A stretch of 64,000 nt of DNA from Thecamonas trahens ATCC 50062 (taxonomy: Eukaryota; Protista; Apusomonadida): NCBI RefSeq assembly GCF_000142905.1, contig NW_013657631.1, positions 146,211 to 210,210 on the forward strand. The letters are read 5' to 3'. How positions within the stretch are numbered: position 1 is the stretch's first letter; every line of letters begins with the position of its first letter. Positions 9,431-19,217 of the stretch are shown one piece after another. Both the position numbers and the translations under genes were made by a program. The notes below the pieces were generated by a model. That model did not search any database. It saw nothing but the letters and a program-made list of their open reading frames with translations, and was not told where the DNA came from.

Positions 9431-11320
9431 ATGGGAAGACGCAAACACGGCTACGCCCGCCTCCCGCAGTCTCGTCACTCTCGCGAGCCAGGCCCTCCCT
9501 CAGCCTCCTCACCCTCCCCCACCTCCTCCTTGCCCTCCCCGCCCTCCTCCTCCTCCTCCGCACCAGCAGCCGCAGCAGCAACAGGAGGAGGAGGACAGTC
9601 GTCAGTGGTCTCAGCATCGTCGCAGACTGCTTTGTCTGCAACTGCTCGTGGGGGATCAATCTCCTCGCTCTCCTCGCAATCAGGTCCAACTCGACCTCCT
9701 GCATCCGCTGGTCACTCATCGCCCACTCGTCGGTCTCCTGCTGCTCGTCTCCTGGCTCCGCTCTCGGCTACATGCTCATCGGCTGTCATGATCTGTGCCC
9801 TTGCTGGCTCGGCCCTGACTGGCGGTCGGCTGAGTGGTCGCTCGGGGAGAAGCGCTCCACCGCAGTGTTGTCGATCGGTGTTCTACGGATGGCTCATCGC
9901 GCTCGTCTGCGGCTATCAGTACTTTCTCTCCGGCCCTGGCCAGACCTACGGTGTCTCGCAGTTCCTTCCGGCCTACGGCCAGTCATTTGGCCTCTCTGCA
10001 GCGCGGCTCTCGCTTTTGTATGCCATTGCCACCGCCGCCTCGGGCTTTACCCTGCCTATCATGGGCAGAGTCGTCGATCGCATGGGCGTCAAGCGGGCGT
10101 CGCTTCTGGTTGCGGTCGCCTTTGCCCTCGTCTGTGTCTTCAACGCCTCGCTGCTCTCGGGTGAGGTCACCATGCTCCTTTCGTTCTACCTTCTGCGCTT
10201 CCTCGGCCAGGGCTCGATGACCCTTCTGCCCAAGACCCTGCTCCCGCAGTGGTTTGTGGAGAAGCGCGGACGGGCCTTTGCCCTCGTCAACATCGGCTCG
10301 TTTGGCGGCTCGACCGTCTTTCCGGTCGTCCTAACTGCGCTCATCAGCGGGCTCGGCTGGCGCAAGACCTGGTTCATCCTCGCCCTCATCCTCCTTGCTA
10401 CCTTTGTCCCGCTCGTGCTCTTTGTCGTTGTCGACGCGCCGGAGCACATCGGCCTCCTCCCCGATGGCGCCACCCTCTCCCACAACCGCACTCCGCCGCC
10501 GCTGGCGGACCAGGCCACAGCTGCGCTGCTGCGGGTCCGGCCGGGTGAGGAGCCTGATTCCGAGTCGGACGACGACGAGCCCGAGTACCTCGTCCCGCCC
10601 GGCTTTGAGATCTCGTGGACGCGTGCCCAGGCCATGCAGACCCGGACCTTCTACTTGCTACTCGCCTGCAACGCCCAACGTGCTGCTGTCAACACCGCCA
10701 TCACCTTTTTCCTGCACCCAATGCTCACCCGCCGCGGCATGACTGACATCCAGGCGGCGCTGGTGCTCTCGGTGCAGGCCGCGGTCGGCTTTCCCATGAC
10801 CCTTGTCGCCGGCGTCCTCGCCGACCGGGTTCCGCTCCGGTACATCCTCTCGGCCACATACCTGACCCAGGCCCTGTTCCTCACCGTCATGGCCTATGCG
10901 TCTACCGTCGGTCTCGCCGTTGTCGCCGCCGTCCTCTGGGGCATTGCCGGTGGCCTGGAGCAGATCGGGTTCAACGTAGTCTGGCCCAACTACTACGGCC
11001 GCAAGCACGTCGGCGGCATCGTCTCCATCTCCATCTCGGTCATGGTGCTAGGCTCGGCCATCGGCCCGCTGGCTTTTGCGCTCCTCCGCGACTCGGTCGG
11101 CTCCTACCGTGACGCCATCCTATACATCGTGCCTCTTGCTCTCGTTTGCTCCGCCCTGGCCTACGGTGCAGCCAAACCCCGCATCCGCGACTCGGGCCTC
11201 GCCCCGCTCGACTTTTACGATGACGACCTGGTCATGCGCAACCCGGCGCGCCAGTCGCTGCTCCCACTCACCCGTCCGCCACTCGTTGCCACCGACGACT
11301 CGCTGGAGGAGGTCGACTAG
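9431..11320 (+). CDS. MFS transporter (OFA/MCT-like, 12 TM)
   Basis: FYGWLIALV, GPGQTYG, MGRVVDRMGVKR (MFS motif A), QWFVEKRGRA, AGVLADR, NYYGRKHVG; start uncertain because of the adjacent gap. Confidence 0.85.
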   Translation: MGRRKHGYARLPQSRHSREPGPPSASSPSPTSSLPSPPSSSSSAPAAAAATGGGGQSSVVSASSQTALSATARGGSISSLSSQSGPTRPPASAGHSSPTRRSPAARLLAPLSATCSSAVMICALAGSALTGGRLSGRSGRSAPPQCCRSVFYGWLIALVCGYQYFLSGPGQTYGVSQFLPAYGQSFGLSAARLSLLYAIATAASGFTLPIMGRVVDRMGVKRASLLVAVAFALVCVFNASLLSGEVTMLLSFYLLRFLGQGSMTLLPKTLLPQWFVEKRGRAFALVNIGSFGGSTVFPVVLTALISGLGWRKTWFILALILLATFVPLVLFVVVDAPEHIGLLPDGATLSHNRTPPPLADQATAALLRVRPGEEPDSESDDDEPEYLVPPGFEISWTRAQAMQTRTFYLLLACNAQRAAVNTAITFFLHPMLTRRGMTDIQAALVLSVQAAVGFPMTLVAGVLADRVPLRYILSATYLTQALFLTVMAYASTVGLAVVAAVLWGIAGGLEQIGFNVVWPNYYGRKHVGGIVSISISVMVLGSAIGPLAFALLRDSVGSYRDAILYIVPLALVCSALAYGAAKPRIRDSGLAPLDFYDDDLVMRNPARQSLLPLTRPPLVATDDSLEEVD

Positions 11321-13416
11321 AGTGTCAAGTGCATCACCCCGTCAGCGTGCGGCCCGATCGCCCGCCGCAGCGCCGCCCACGCCCCGGCCGGCGCGCTCCA
11401 CCCTCTCAACTCGAGGCACTCGAGGCTCGGCCACGACGTGGCCTCATCATGCGGCTGTGGATTGCGAGACGCAATGTAGGCCCCCAAGGCAGGATCGATA
11501 TCAGTGTAGTCCTGCTCCGGCGCTGCAGTGTCGCCCTGCCCGGTCGCTTCCGTGGCCACACGAGGTATGCCCAGCGCCAGCTCGACAACACCCGCCGCCC
11601 GCCCACGCGGCCTGTGGATCATCGACGACATCCGCAGCATCCGAAGATCCTTGGCCTTGCGAAGCGCCGTAAACGCTGCAAGCGTTGCGTCCACGTCGCA
11701 GCTTCGTCCGTCAGTCTCACATATGGTTACGGCAGTCAGGTTGAGTGAGACGAGCTGCGGAGCCACCGCCGCAAGTGCATGCAGTGCTGCCGTATCCAGC
11801 ACATGGTTCAGAACCGGGGCAGTGGTCATCGTCATTAAACCCTTCTCGTTTCGATACTTCCGCGGCCAAGAGACGTCGAGCTCAGTGGTCGACGCAGGCA
11901 GGCTGGCAAAGACGGCGGTGAGCGGCGCGCCCTCGTGGCTCCAATGAGAGATGAACCGGACGTGATGGGCATCAAGACGCTCGAGCTGCGGCGCGGCAGT
12001 CAGCAACGACTTCAGGCTCTTGGTTGTCATGCAAGTGTGTGAGATGTCCAGAGTGACAAGATTGGGCATGGCCGGCCAAGCGGTGTCGTCCGGTTCGGCC
12101 AGTGCCACGCAATTGCGGACGTCGAGGTGGACGAGCCCTGCGCCGAGGCGGTCGAGCATGGCAAAGAGATCTTTGTGCGAGAGCGAGACAAAGTCGGTGA
12201 CCTGCAGGTTTGTGACATGTGGAAAGTGCGTCGCCAGACGCACGCCGAGCGTGCCACTGCTCTGGATCGGCGCAAGCAGCCGCGTCCCGTCCGAGAACCG
12301 GGTGGCGCGCAGTGTGAGCCGCCACACGTGCGGGCACTGCTCAGCCATGATGTCGACCATCTTGGGGCTGACAACAAGCGCCGAGAGATCAAGGTGCAGA
12401 ACCTCGGGGTTGAGGAAGAGCCGCATGGCCTCCCAAGAGAGCGCGCCGTTCTTCTGCAAAAAGGTAAAAAGCATGGCCAGGAGCTTGGGCGGGAGGCCAG
12501 CAGCCACAGCTTCGCGCGCAGACAGTGACCCGCTGGCGAGGCGGTCGCCAAGCACGCCCAACACAATGTCGGTGAGACTTGGAACCTGGGCGAGGGTGCG
12601 ACGACGCGCCGGCTGTTTGTCCGGCGCAAACAAAGACTTGCTGTCACTGGGATGATGCACTGCCCGCACCGACTGCAACGAGATGTTGCGCCCGAGGCCG
12701 ATAGTGCCGCCATCGGCCTCGTCCGTCTCCTTTCCCTTTCCCTTACCCCCCTCCACCTCCTCCACTGCCAACGCCGCACTCGGCCCCAACTCGGGCGCCT
12801 TCATCGGCACGCGACGGGTAAGAAAGTCGGCCAGAGGCGCCTTTGTCTGCGGCGATGATGCCCAGACTCCAAAGCTCGCCGCAGTAGTGACAGGTCTCGC
12901 CACGGAAAACTCAAACTTCCGGGCTGTGGCAACCCACGCCGGCTGCCCACCCGGGCTTCCTTCCGCTTCCACAGCAGCACCATCTGTTGGCCCAGCAGCC
13001 TCGGTCCTTTCTCCAGCCACGGCTCCAGCTCCAGCTCCAGACCCAGCCCCTGCTCCAGACCCAGCCCCAGCCCCTACCCCTGCCGCGTCGCCATTGTCGT
13101 CAGGCATCACCAGTCGAAAGCGAGAGTTTCGTTCGGCAGCTGCGGCGAAAGCTTCCATGGACATGGGATCTCCAACCATGTTGTATGAACTCCTTGATAT
13201 GGGCGGCGCGCGGACGGAGCCGCACTTGCGGATTCTGGTGACCCGGGCGGATCGGGTTCTGTAAGACATGGAGACGTGTGGTGGTAGTCCTGAAGGTGAG
13301 GGAGGTGGTGGTGATGGTGACTGACTGGCTCGTGTCGCATTTGGGTCAGTGCGACTCGATGAACCGACGGGCGAAAAGGCGGTGCCGGTGGGGAGGCCGT
13401 GGGATGAGGATGACAA
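11317..13416 (-). CDS. Leucine-rich-repeat (RNI/F-box-LRR-like) protein
   Basis: LHLDLS, LVHLDVRNC, NLVTLDISHT, LERLDAHH, LVSLNLT, LECLELRG repeats; VPSLTDIV motif; true start uncertain (ORF opens on TTG; first ATG ~13269). Confidence 0.7.
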   Translation of the reverse strand: MSSSSHGLPTGTAFSPVGSSSRTDPNATRASQSPSPPPPSPSGLPPHVSMSYRTRSARVTRIRKCGSVRAPPISRSSYNMVGDPMSMEAFAAAAERNSRFRLVMPDDNGDAAGVGAGAGSGAGAGSGAGAGAVAGERTEAAGPTDGAAVEAEGSPGGQPAWVATARKFEFSVARPVTTAASFGVWASSPQTKAPLADFLTRRVPMKAPELGPSAALAVEEVEGGKGKGKETDEADGGTIGLGRNISLQSVRAVHHPSDSKSLFAPDKQPARRRTLAQVPSLTDIVLGVLGDRLASGSLSAREAVAAGLPPKLLAMLFTFLQKNGALSWEAMRLFLNPEVLHLDLSALVVSPKMVDIMAEQCPHVWRLTLRATRFSDGTRLLAPIQSSGTLGVRLATHFPHVTNLQVTDFVSLSHKDLFAMLDRLGAGLVHLDVRNCVALAEPDDTAWPAMPNLVTLDISHTCMTTKSLKSLLTAAPQLERLDAHHVRFISHWSHEGAPLTAVFASLPASTTELDVSWPRKYRNEKGLMTMTTAPVLNHVLDTAALHALAAVAPQLVSLNLTAVTICETDGRSCDVDATLAAFTALRKAKDLRMLRMSSMIHRPRGRAAGVVELALGIPRVATEATGQGDTAAPEQDYTDIDPALGAYIASRNPQPHDEATSWPSLECLELRGWSAPAGAWAALRRAIGPHADGVMHLTL

Positions 13417-13503
13417 GATCTTGGAGAGGATTAACGTTAGAGGATTGGAGAGGAGGAGGGGGGGGGGAGGGGGGAGGGAGACGCAGGGAGAGGCAGGGAG
13501 AAG

Positions 13504-15578
13504 CTAGTGGTTGAACGGGTCGTCAGGGAACTCGTCGGTCCAGACCGAGTGGAGCTCCGAGGTGTTGCGCGCATGTTGCTCGGCGGTGTAGTCTGGCCAG
13601 GGAACGTGGGCCATGGCCCGGCCGAGGATGCGGCCCATGTCCTGTTCGTAGAGCGAGGGGAAGATCTGATGCGCATGCCAGATGAGATCGGCGTCGTAAG
13701 CGACCGAGATGAACGTCGAGCGCCGGTCCGGGTACTTGGCGGCGAGGAAGAGGAACCGCTCGTATGACCGGACAAGGCCGCGGAAGAACGGGGTGTAGCC
13801 CGCAGCAAGCGCGTCGGCGCCATCGGCGCCCGTCACGACGTGAAGGCCGGCGAGCCACTTGCGATCGCGGACAACCTCGGCAGGCGTCATGGTGGCGAGC
13901 AGGTTGGCCGAGACAAGGCCGGGCCGGTGCGCGGCGCCGTCCGGGTAGACTTCGGCGAGATTGACAATGTACTCATCGCCATAAGCCTCGCGCCAGGCGG
14001 TGCGCGTCCGCTCGAGGGCAACCTCAACGTCGTAGTCGCTATCGTCGGTGAGGAGCTTGCCAAACTTGTCGAGCACAATGAGCGGACCGCGACGGTCGAC
14101 GAGCTTGTGTCGCGCCCGAGGTCCGGCCTCGCTGACGCAGTACGTCTTGTACTCGCGGGTCCGGATAATGTGCGAGAACCAGACAGCGAGGATGTCGAGC
14201 GCAGGGATGAGCGGAGTTCCCCGGCGCGAGCATTGGTAGACTCGAGCTTGAGGAACTTCTCATAGCGGTCCATGGCAAGCTCCACGTTGTCTTGGCGTGC
14301 GAGCTCGTCCACCGTGTCGATCATGAGAGCCATCTGATAGATGCGGTTGGCCGAGTCGACGAGGTCTACCGAGACGTTGATGACAGGCTGTGGGCCGGTA
14401 GCTGGGTCGGCAGCGGCAATGGGCTCGTGCAGTGCCTCGACGACGTGCGGCGACCACGCGTCAAGCAACGGCTCCTTGAGCGAGTAGAACGGGAACCGCC
14501 GCATGCCGTCGGCGACGGCGGCGCGCGCCTCGTCGTTAACTCCCGGCGCATCGCGAACATACACGTCATTGTCAAGGATAGACCGGACGCAGAGCTTGGC
14601 AAGCGAGGGAAACTCGGCTGTCGGGCAGGTCAGCCCGGTGTTGTTCTTGATGGAATCGGCCCACCACGACGGTGGGGACGCCTGGTTTGGGACAGGCGGC
14701 CGACGAGCCAAGTCCGGCTGGGTCGGCAACGGCGGCACGCATGGGGGCGGAATCAGCCGTTGCGGTGGTGGTGCACATCCAAGCTGTGGTGGGGGTGGAG
14801 GGCGGGGCGGGCCAATCGGAATCTGCACCGCCCGCGGCGCACACCCGAGCGGCTGCTGTGGAAATGGCATGGGAGGCGGGGCACACCCTAGCTGAGGGGG
14901 AAGCGGCAGGTCCGGCAACTCTTCCGGCTCCATATCGCAAGCCATAAAGTCAAACGACGGAACACGAGTGATGGTAGGTATCTGATCCCGCGAGTCGGGG
15001 GGACAAGCATGTGGGGCGGCAACTGGGCGCACGAGACCGGCATGTTGTCAAAGATCGAGTCTGGCACTGGAATCGGCTCGTACGGTTGCGCACAGGCAAG
15101 AGGCCGGTCAAACTCGGCAAATGGGTTGTCAAGAAGAGTGCTGCCATCAGGCTGCGGGCATGGCTCCGCGCATGCGACGTTCATAATGAGCTCAGGCTCT
15201 TCGTCAAGCGCGACGGGCGCGACGTCGGGTTGGACATCCGCCACATCCTCGACCGGTTCAGAGCTGGACGGCCCACCGGCATCGTTCTCCAGATCAGAGT
15301 TTGTCTGACCTCGCAGCCTGCGGACAAGACCGGCAGTTCGAGTCTTTGATGCCTTCTGTAGAACGATGCGGTGCTCCGCAGAATGATGTTGACAAAACGC
15401 CGCCCGTCACCACACATCGCCAGCCGTCACCCCCACACACGCCACACGCCAGCCGCGCCACAGGTCATACGCCACAGGTCATACGCCTCATGAGTCATAC
15501 CACCCCCGAGCACCAAACCACTAATACAACATCCTCACCCGTCTCCTCTACACATACCGCGGCCACCTTCTTCAGCAT
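13504..15578 (-). CDS. Glycine-rich-domain-protein-like (GRDP/DUF1399-type) with two tandem 'Y.RFL.L...D..WH.H' domains; exon1 15578-15558, intron 15557-15356; frame breaks ~15000 and ~14220
   Basis: AMDRYEKFLKL..IPALDILAVWFSHIIRTREY and VRSYERFLFL..AYDADLIWHAHQIFPSLYEQD; phase-0 GTATGT..CAG intron gives MLKKVAA|KASKTR. Confidence 0.7.
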
Positions 15579-15694
15579 GTCTACGCCCGTGTGCTCTGGC
15601 GACAGGTGCCGTTCTCTTCCCCAAAACGGCGGACAGGCGTGACACACGGAGCGAGTTGGACCACGGCGTGCAATGACCATGTTTATGGCATTGG

Positions 15695-17263
15695 TCACAA
15701 AAAGTCGACCGAGAGCCCGGTGAGGGCCTTGAACCGGTTGAAGAGGTTGGACGACCAGCCAGTCTTGGTCCGCTCAAAGTCGGAGCGCGGAATGCCGGAC
15801 TGGCTCAGAGTCAGATCCGTGCCGCCCGACCGCGACGGGGTGAGGGTGAACTCGACGCGCGAGTGGTGGCCGGCCGGCCACGACTCGAACCGCCAGTCCT
15901 GGACAAGCTTGGTCGGCGCCTCGATGGCCACGTTGGTTCCAGAGACAAGACCCGAGAACATGGTGAACGCCGCGCCGGCCTCGAGCGGCATCGACGTCGC
16001 CGCCTGCGTCACAGCAGACAGCCGGCCCTCGTCAGTGATCCAGGCAAAGACCTCCTCCGGCGGAAGATCAAAGTGGAGCTTTTGCTTGAACGAGTCGGTC
16101 TTCTCACCCGACTTGGTCGAGCCCGTACCCTTGGTTTTGGCCGGTGCCGCCGCCGCAGGCGCCGCCGCCGCCGCAGGCTCGGTCTCCATGGCCACCTGCG
16201 CGGCGCCCGACGCCGGCGGTGCCTTGCTCGCACCCGCACCCGAGGCCTTCTTGGCACCGGTCGGCTTGGCGTGCTCCCGCAGATCATCCAGCAGCCGCAC
16301 AAAGAGGTCCACAACAACCGGGCGGACCTTGGCCTTGATGGCGGCGAGCAGCGGAGCCGCCGCAGAGTTGTTCTTGGTCAGCTTGACGTTGATCTCATAG
16401 TCGCCATCCCGCGCGTTCTCCTCGGCAATGTACGGCATGTCGACGGTGCCCTTAGCCACGACCTCGCCAGGCGTCCCGGCGTTGAGAGTGGCCTTGAACG
16501 AGAGGGTGACGGCGACTTCGTAGAACAGATACGTCTTGCCGCGACGATGGGTGACGGTCACCTCACCGGTGAACGACTTGACCTTTGTCACCGTTGCCTC
16601 CATGCCTCCGCTCCCATCCAGCAGCACAGCGCCCGTCGCCAGCTCCTCATAATGGCTCGTTGCCCACTTGCTCATGTCGCGCTCCTCCCAGTGCCACCCA
16701 CCGACATTGCGCCCATCCTCACGCTCCTGCACAATCCACCGCTCATCACCCTCGTCGATCTTAGCCTGAACCCCCCTCCCCCCATGCCACATGAGTCCAT
16801 GCCCGATCGACATACCCGATATGCCTCGACGCCCACCCACCCAGCGAGTACCCAGCGAGCACCCAGCGAGCACCCAGCTCCGACAAGGCGGGGGGGGGGG
16901 ACGATCTGGCTGGGCATAGTCCATACAGAAGACACAGCCACAGCCACAGCCATACCCGAGCCAGCCCCCACACCTATTATATATCCCTCCACTCCAACCA
17001 TCCCCCCTCCCCTCCCTGTATTCATCCCTGTACCCCCAATCCCTTCCCCTTCCCCGTTTCCCTTTCGCTCGGTCGCGGTCTCTTCCATGTCGGCCTTCAC
17101 GAAGCCGATCGATCCTCCTTCCTCCCCCCCACCCCCCGGGTCACCCAGCCAGCCAGCCACAAACACATCCGTAGTCAACACACACTATAAACTACACACA
17201 TATAAAGTATATATTATGCTACTCCATCACGTAAGGTAGTATGTTGGGATGTTTGCGTACCAT
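15695..17263 (-). CDS. AHSA1: Activator of Hsp90 ATPase Aha1 (Aha1_N + START-like AHSA1 domain); coding exon1 is the ATG only (17263-17261), intron 17260-16766
   Basis: AKIDEGDERWIVQEREDGRNVGGWHWEERD, GEVTVTHRRGK, KLVQDWRFESWPAGHHS; ATG|GTACGC ... TTCAG|GCT. Confidence 0.9.
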
Positions 17264-17524
17264 CGCTTTCTGATTCCGTCTGTGGGAATGCGTTGAGTGT
17301 CCCCGCCCTCTCTCTTGCTCTCTCTCCGGACTCGCTCGTCTGTCCTCGCCCGCCGTCCCGACTATCACTCGGTCGATGCGATTGGCTGTGTCGTAGCGAG
17401 GGGTTGGTCAGGGAGAGGCAAAGACAGCAGTGGCAACATGGGAACTGGCCGACATTATGTTCAAGCCAAACAAGATCTACTTGGTCTTTGGGTTTTAGAG
17501 CGGGCGGGCAGGTATGTTGGGGTT

Positions 17525-18962
17525 TTATGCCGTTTTCTTGGACCCGGTACTGTGGACCATCGGCCCCGGAGAGTGCGGCGGTGCGGCCGGCTCAGAGGCC
17601 CCGATGAGGTCTGCGCGAGGAACAGGCTGTACGGTGGCAGCAGGAGCAGGATGGGGCAGGGCGGCGGTAGCGTCGAGCGCCGGCGAGTGCTCTTCCTCGG
17701 ACGACTCCTCCTCGGTCTCAATCGAGTCCCATGCCCCAGCGGAACCATGGTCTGAAAGTCGATGGGTGCCGGCGGGGCATTGCACAGCGCGCCGACGCAC
17801 CGCGTCACAGGTGAGATGCTACCCGAGGTGCGGAAGGCGGTGGTGAGGAGGCCGAGATGGGTGGATGCAGCGTCAAAGAGCTGGAAGCCGACGCGGAGCG
17901 AGATAGCGGCGGTGACGACGGCGAGCGCAGTGTGCGAGAGCGGAACGACTAGCGCATAGCGGAGATAGGCGACAGCCGAGACACCGATGAGCAGTGACTC
18001 GAGAAAGGCGGCGAGGACAACAATGACGTACGGGCCGTAGTTGCACGCGCCGATACAGTTGCCCATGACGGACGAATGGAGGCGGAAGCCAATGACGCAG
18101 TTGTCGCACAACGAGCAGTGTTCGACGCCGGGCGGCTTGTAGAACTGGCACACATTGCAGAGGGGGAACTGAACCCAGTGTCCGGCCACCTTGCGCTCCA
18201 CAAAGCCTGCGTCCTCTTCCACGCCATCCCAAAAGGTAAACTCGATCTCGGCGTCATCGCGGCGGTACGGCACAATACCCGGGTCGGAGAACCTGACCAC
18301 CGTGAGTCCGACCATAATCAGCATGAGCAAGTACAGCATAGCGGCTCTCAATCCTGCGACGGTTTTCCCAACACACACAAAGACACACACGACCCCAATC
18401 CCCAGCCCCAAGCGCGCCCAGCGTGCCCAGGCCGCCATCAGCCAACCCACGCCGATCGCCATCAGCCAACAAGCAGACCCATACCGATCATCCCACCGTC
18501 AGCAAAGCCGCCACACACAAACCGCACACAGACACACAGATCGATCATTCATGCATTCCGTCCACATTGCCCAGCATGAGTCTTACCCCATTGCACTGTA
18601 CTGTGTCCGTCTGTCGCTCCGCCCCGCACCCGCGCCGCGCCCCCCCCCCCTCTCCCCCCCCCCCTTCCCGCACCCCCGCACCCACCTCCCCTCAGCCAAT
18701 GTGACGTACCCCACAAAGCCCATGAGCCATCCTCCGGCAGCAAGACATCCAACCAACCCATATACAAGACCAGGGAGGTTATGGCCAGAGCCAGGACGGA
18801 GGAGCCAGGAACAGCCGAAGGCGGACCAGTGACCAACTTGCCCGACCACTTGAACTGCGACTTTGTTACGTAGACCTCGGAGAGCGGGAACATACTCCCG
18901 CCTGCACCTGCTTCATCAGTCTCGTCAAAGGGGCACTTTCGCCGAGGCACCTCTCCAGCCAT
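17525..18962 (-). CDS. zDHHC palmitoyltransferase-like protein (Erf2/ZDHHC9-like) with degenerate active site; exon1 18962-18710, intron 18709-18354; probable frame break ~17735-17758
   Basis: SDPGIVP, CNVCQFYKPPGVEHCSLCDNCVIGF-RLHS-SVMGNCIGACNY; G|GTACGT..GCAG|GA splice restores the frame. Confidence 0.75.
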
Positions 18963-19217
18963 TCTCTCTCTCTCTCCCTCTCTCTGTCGCTCGCTCTGTC
19001 GCTCGCTCTGTCGCTCTGTCGCTCGCTCTGTCGCTTTGTCGCTCTTCTGGTCGAGTCAAGTGCGGTGGTTGGTGGCTGACTCGTCGTCGTGGCCACTGGC
19101 CACTGGCCAGCTCATCTGCCTGATCAAATGGCTGGGGGAAGGGGGGATCGGAAGGGGGGGGGGGGGGGATCGGAAGGGGTGGGATGTACTGCTGCAGGTG
19201 CACGCACGGTACGGCGG

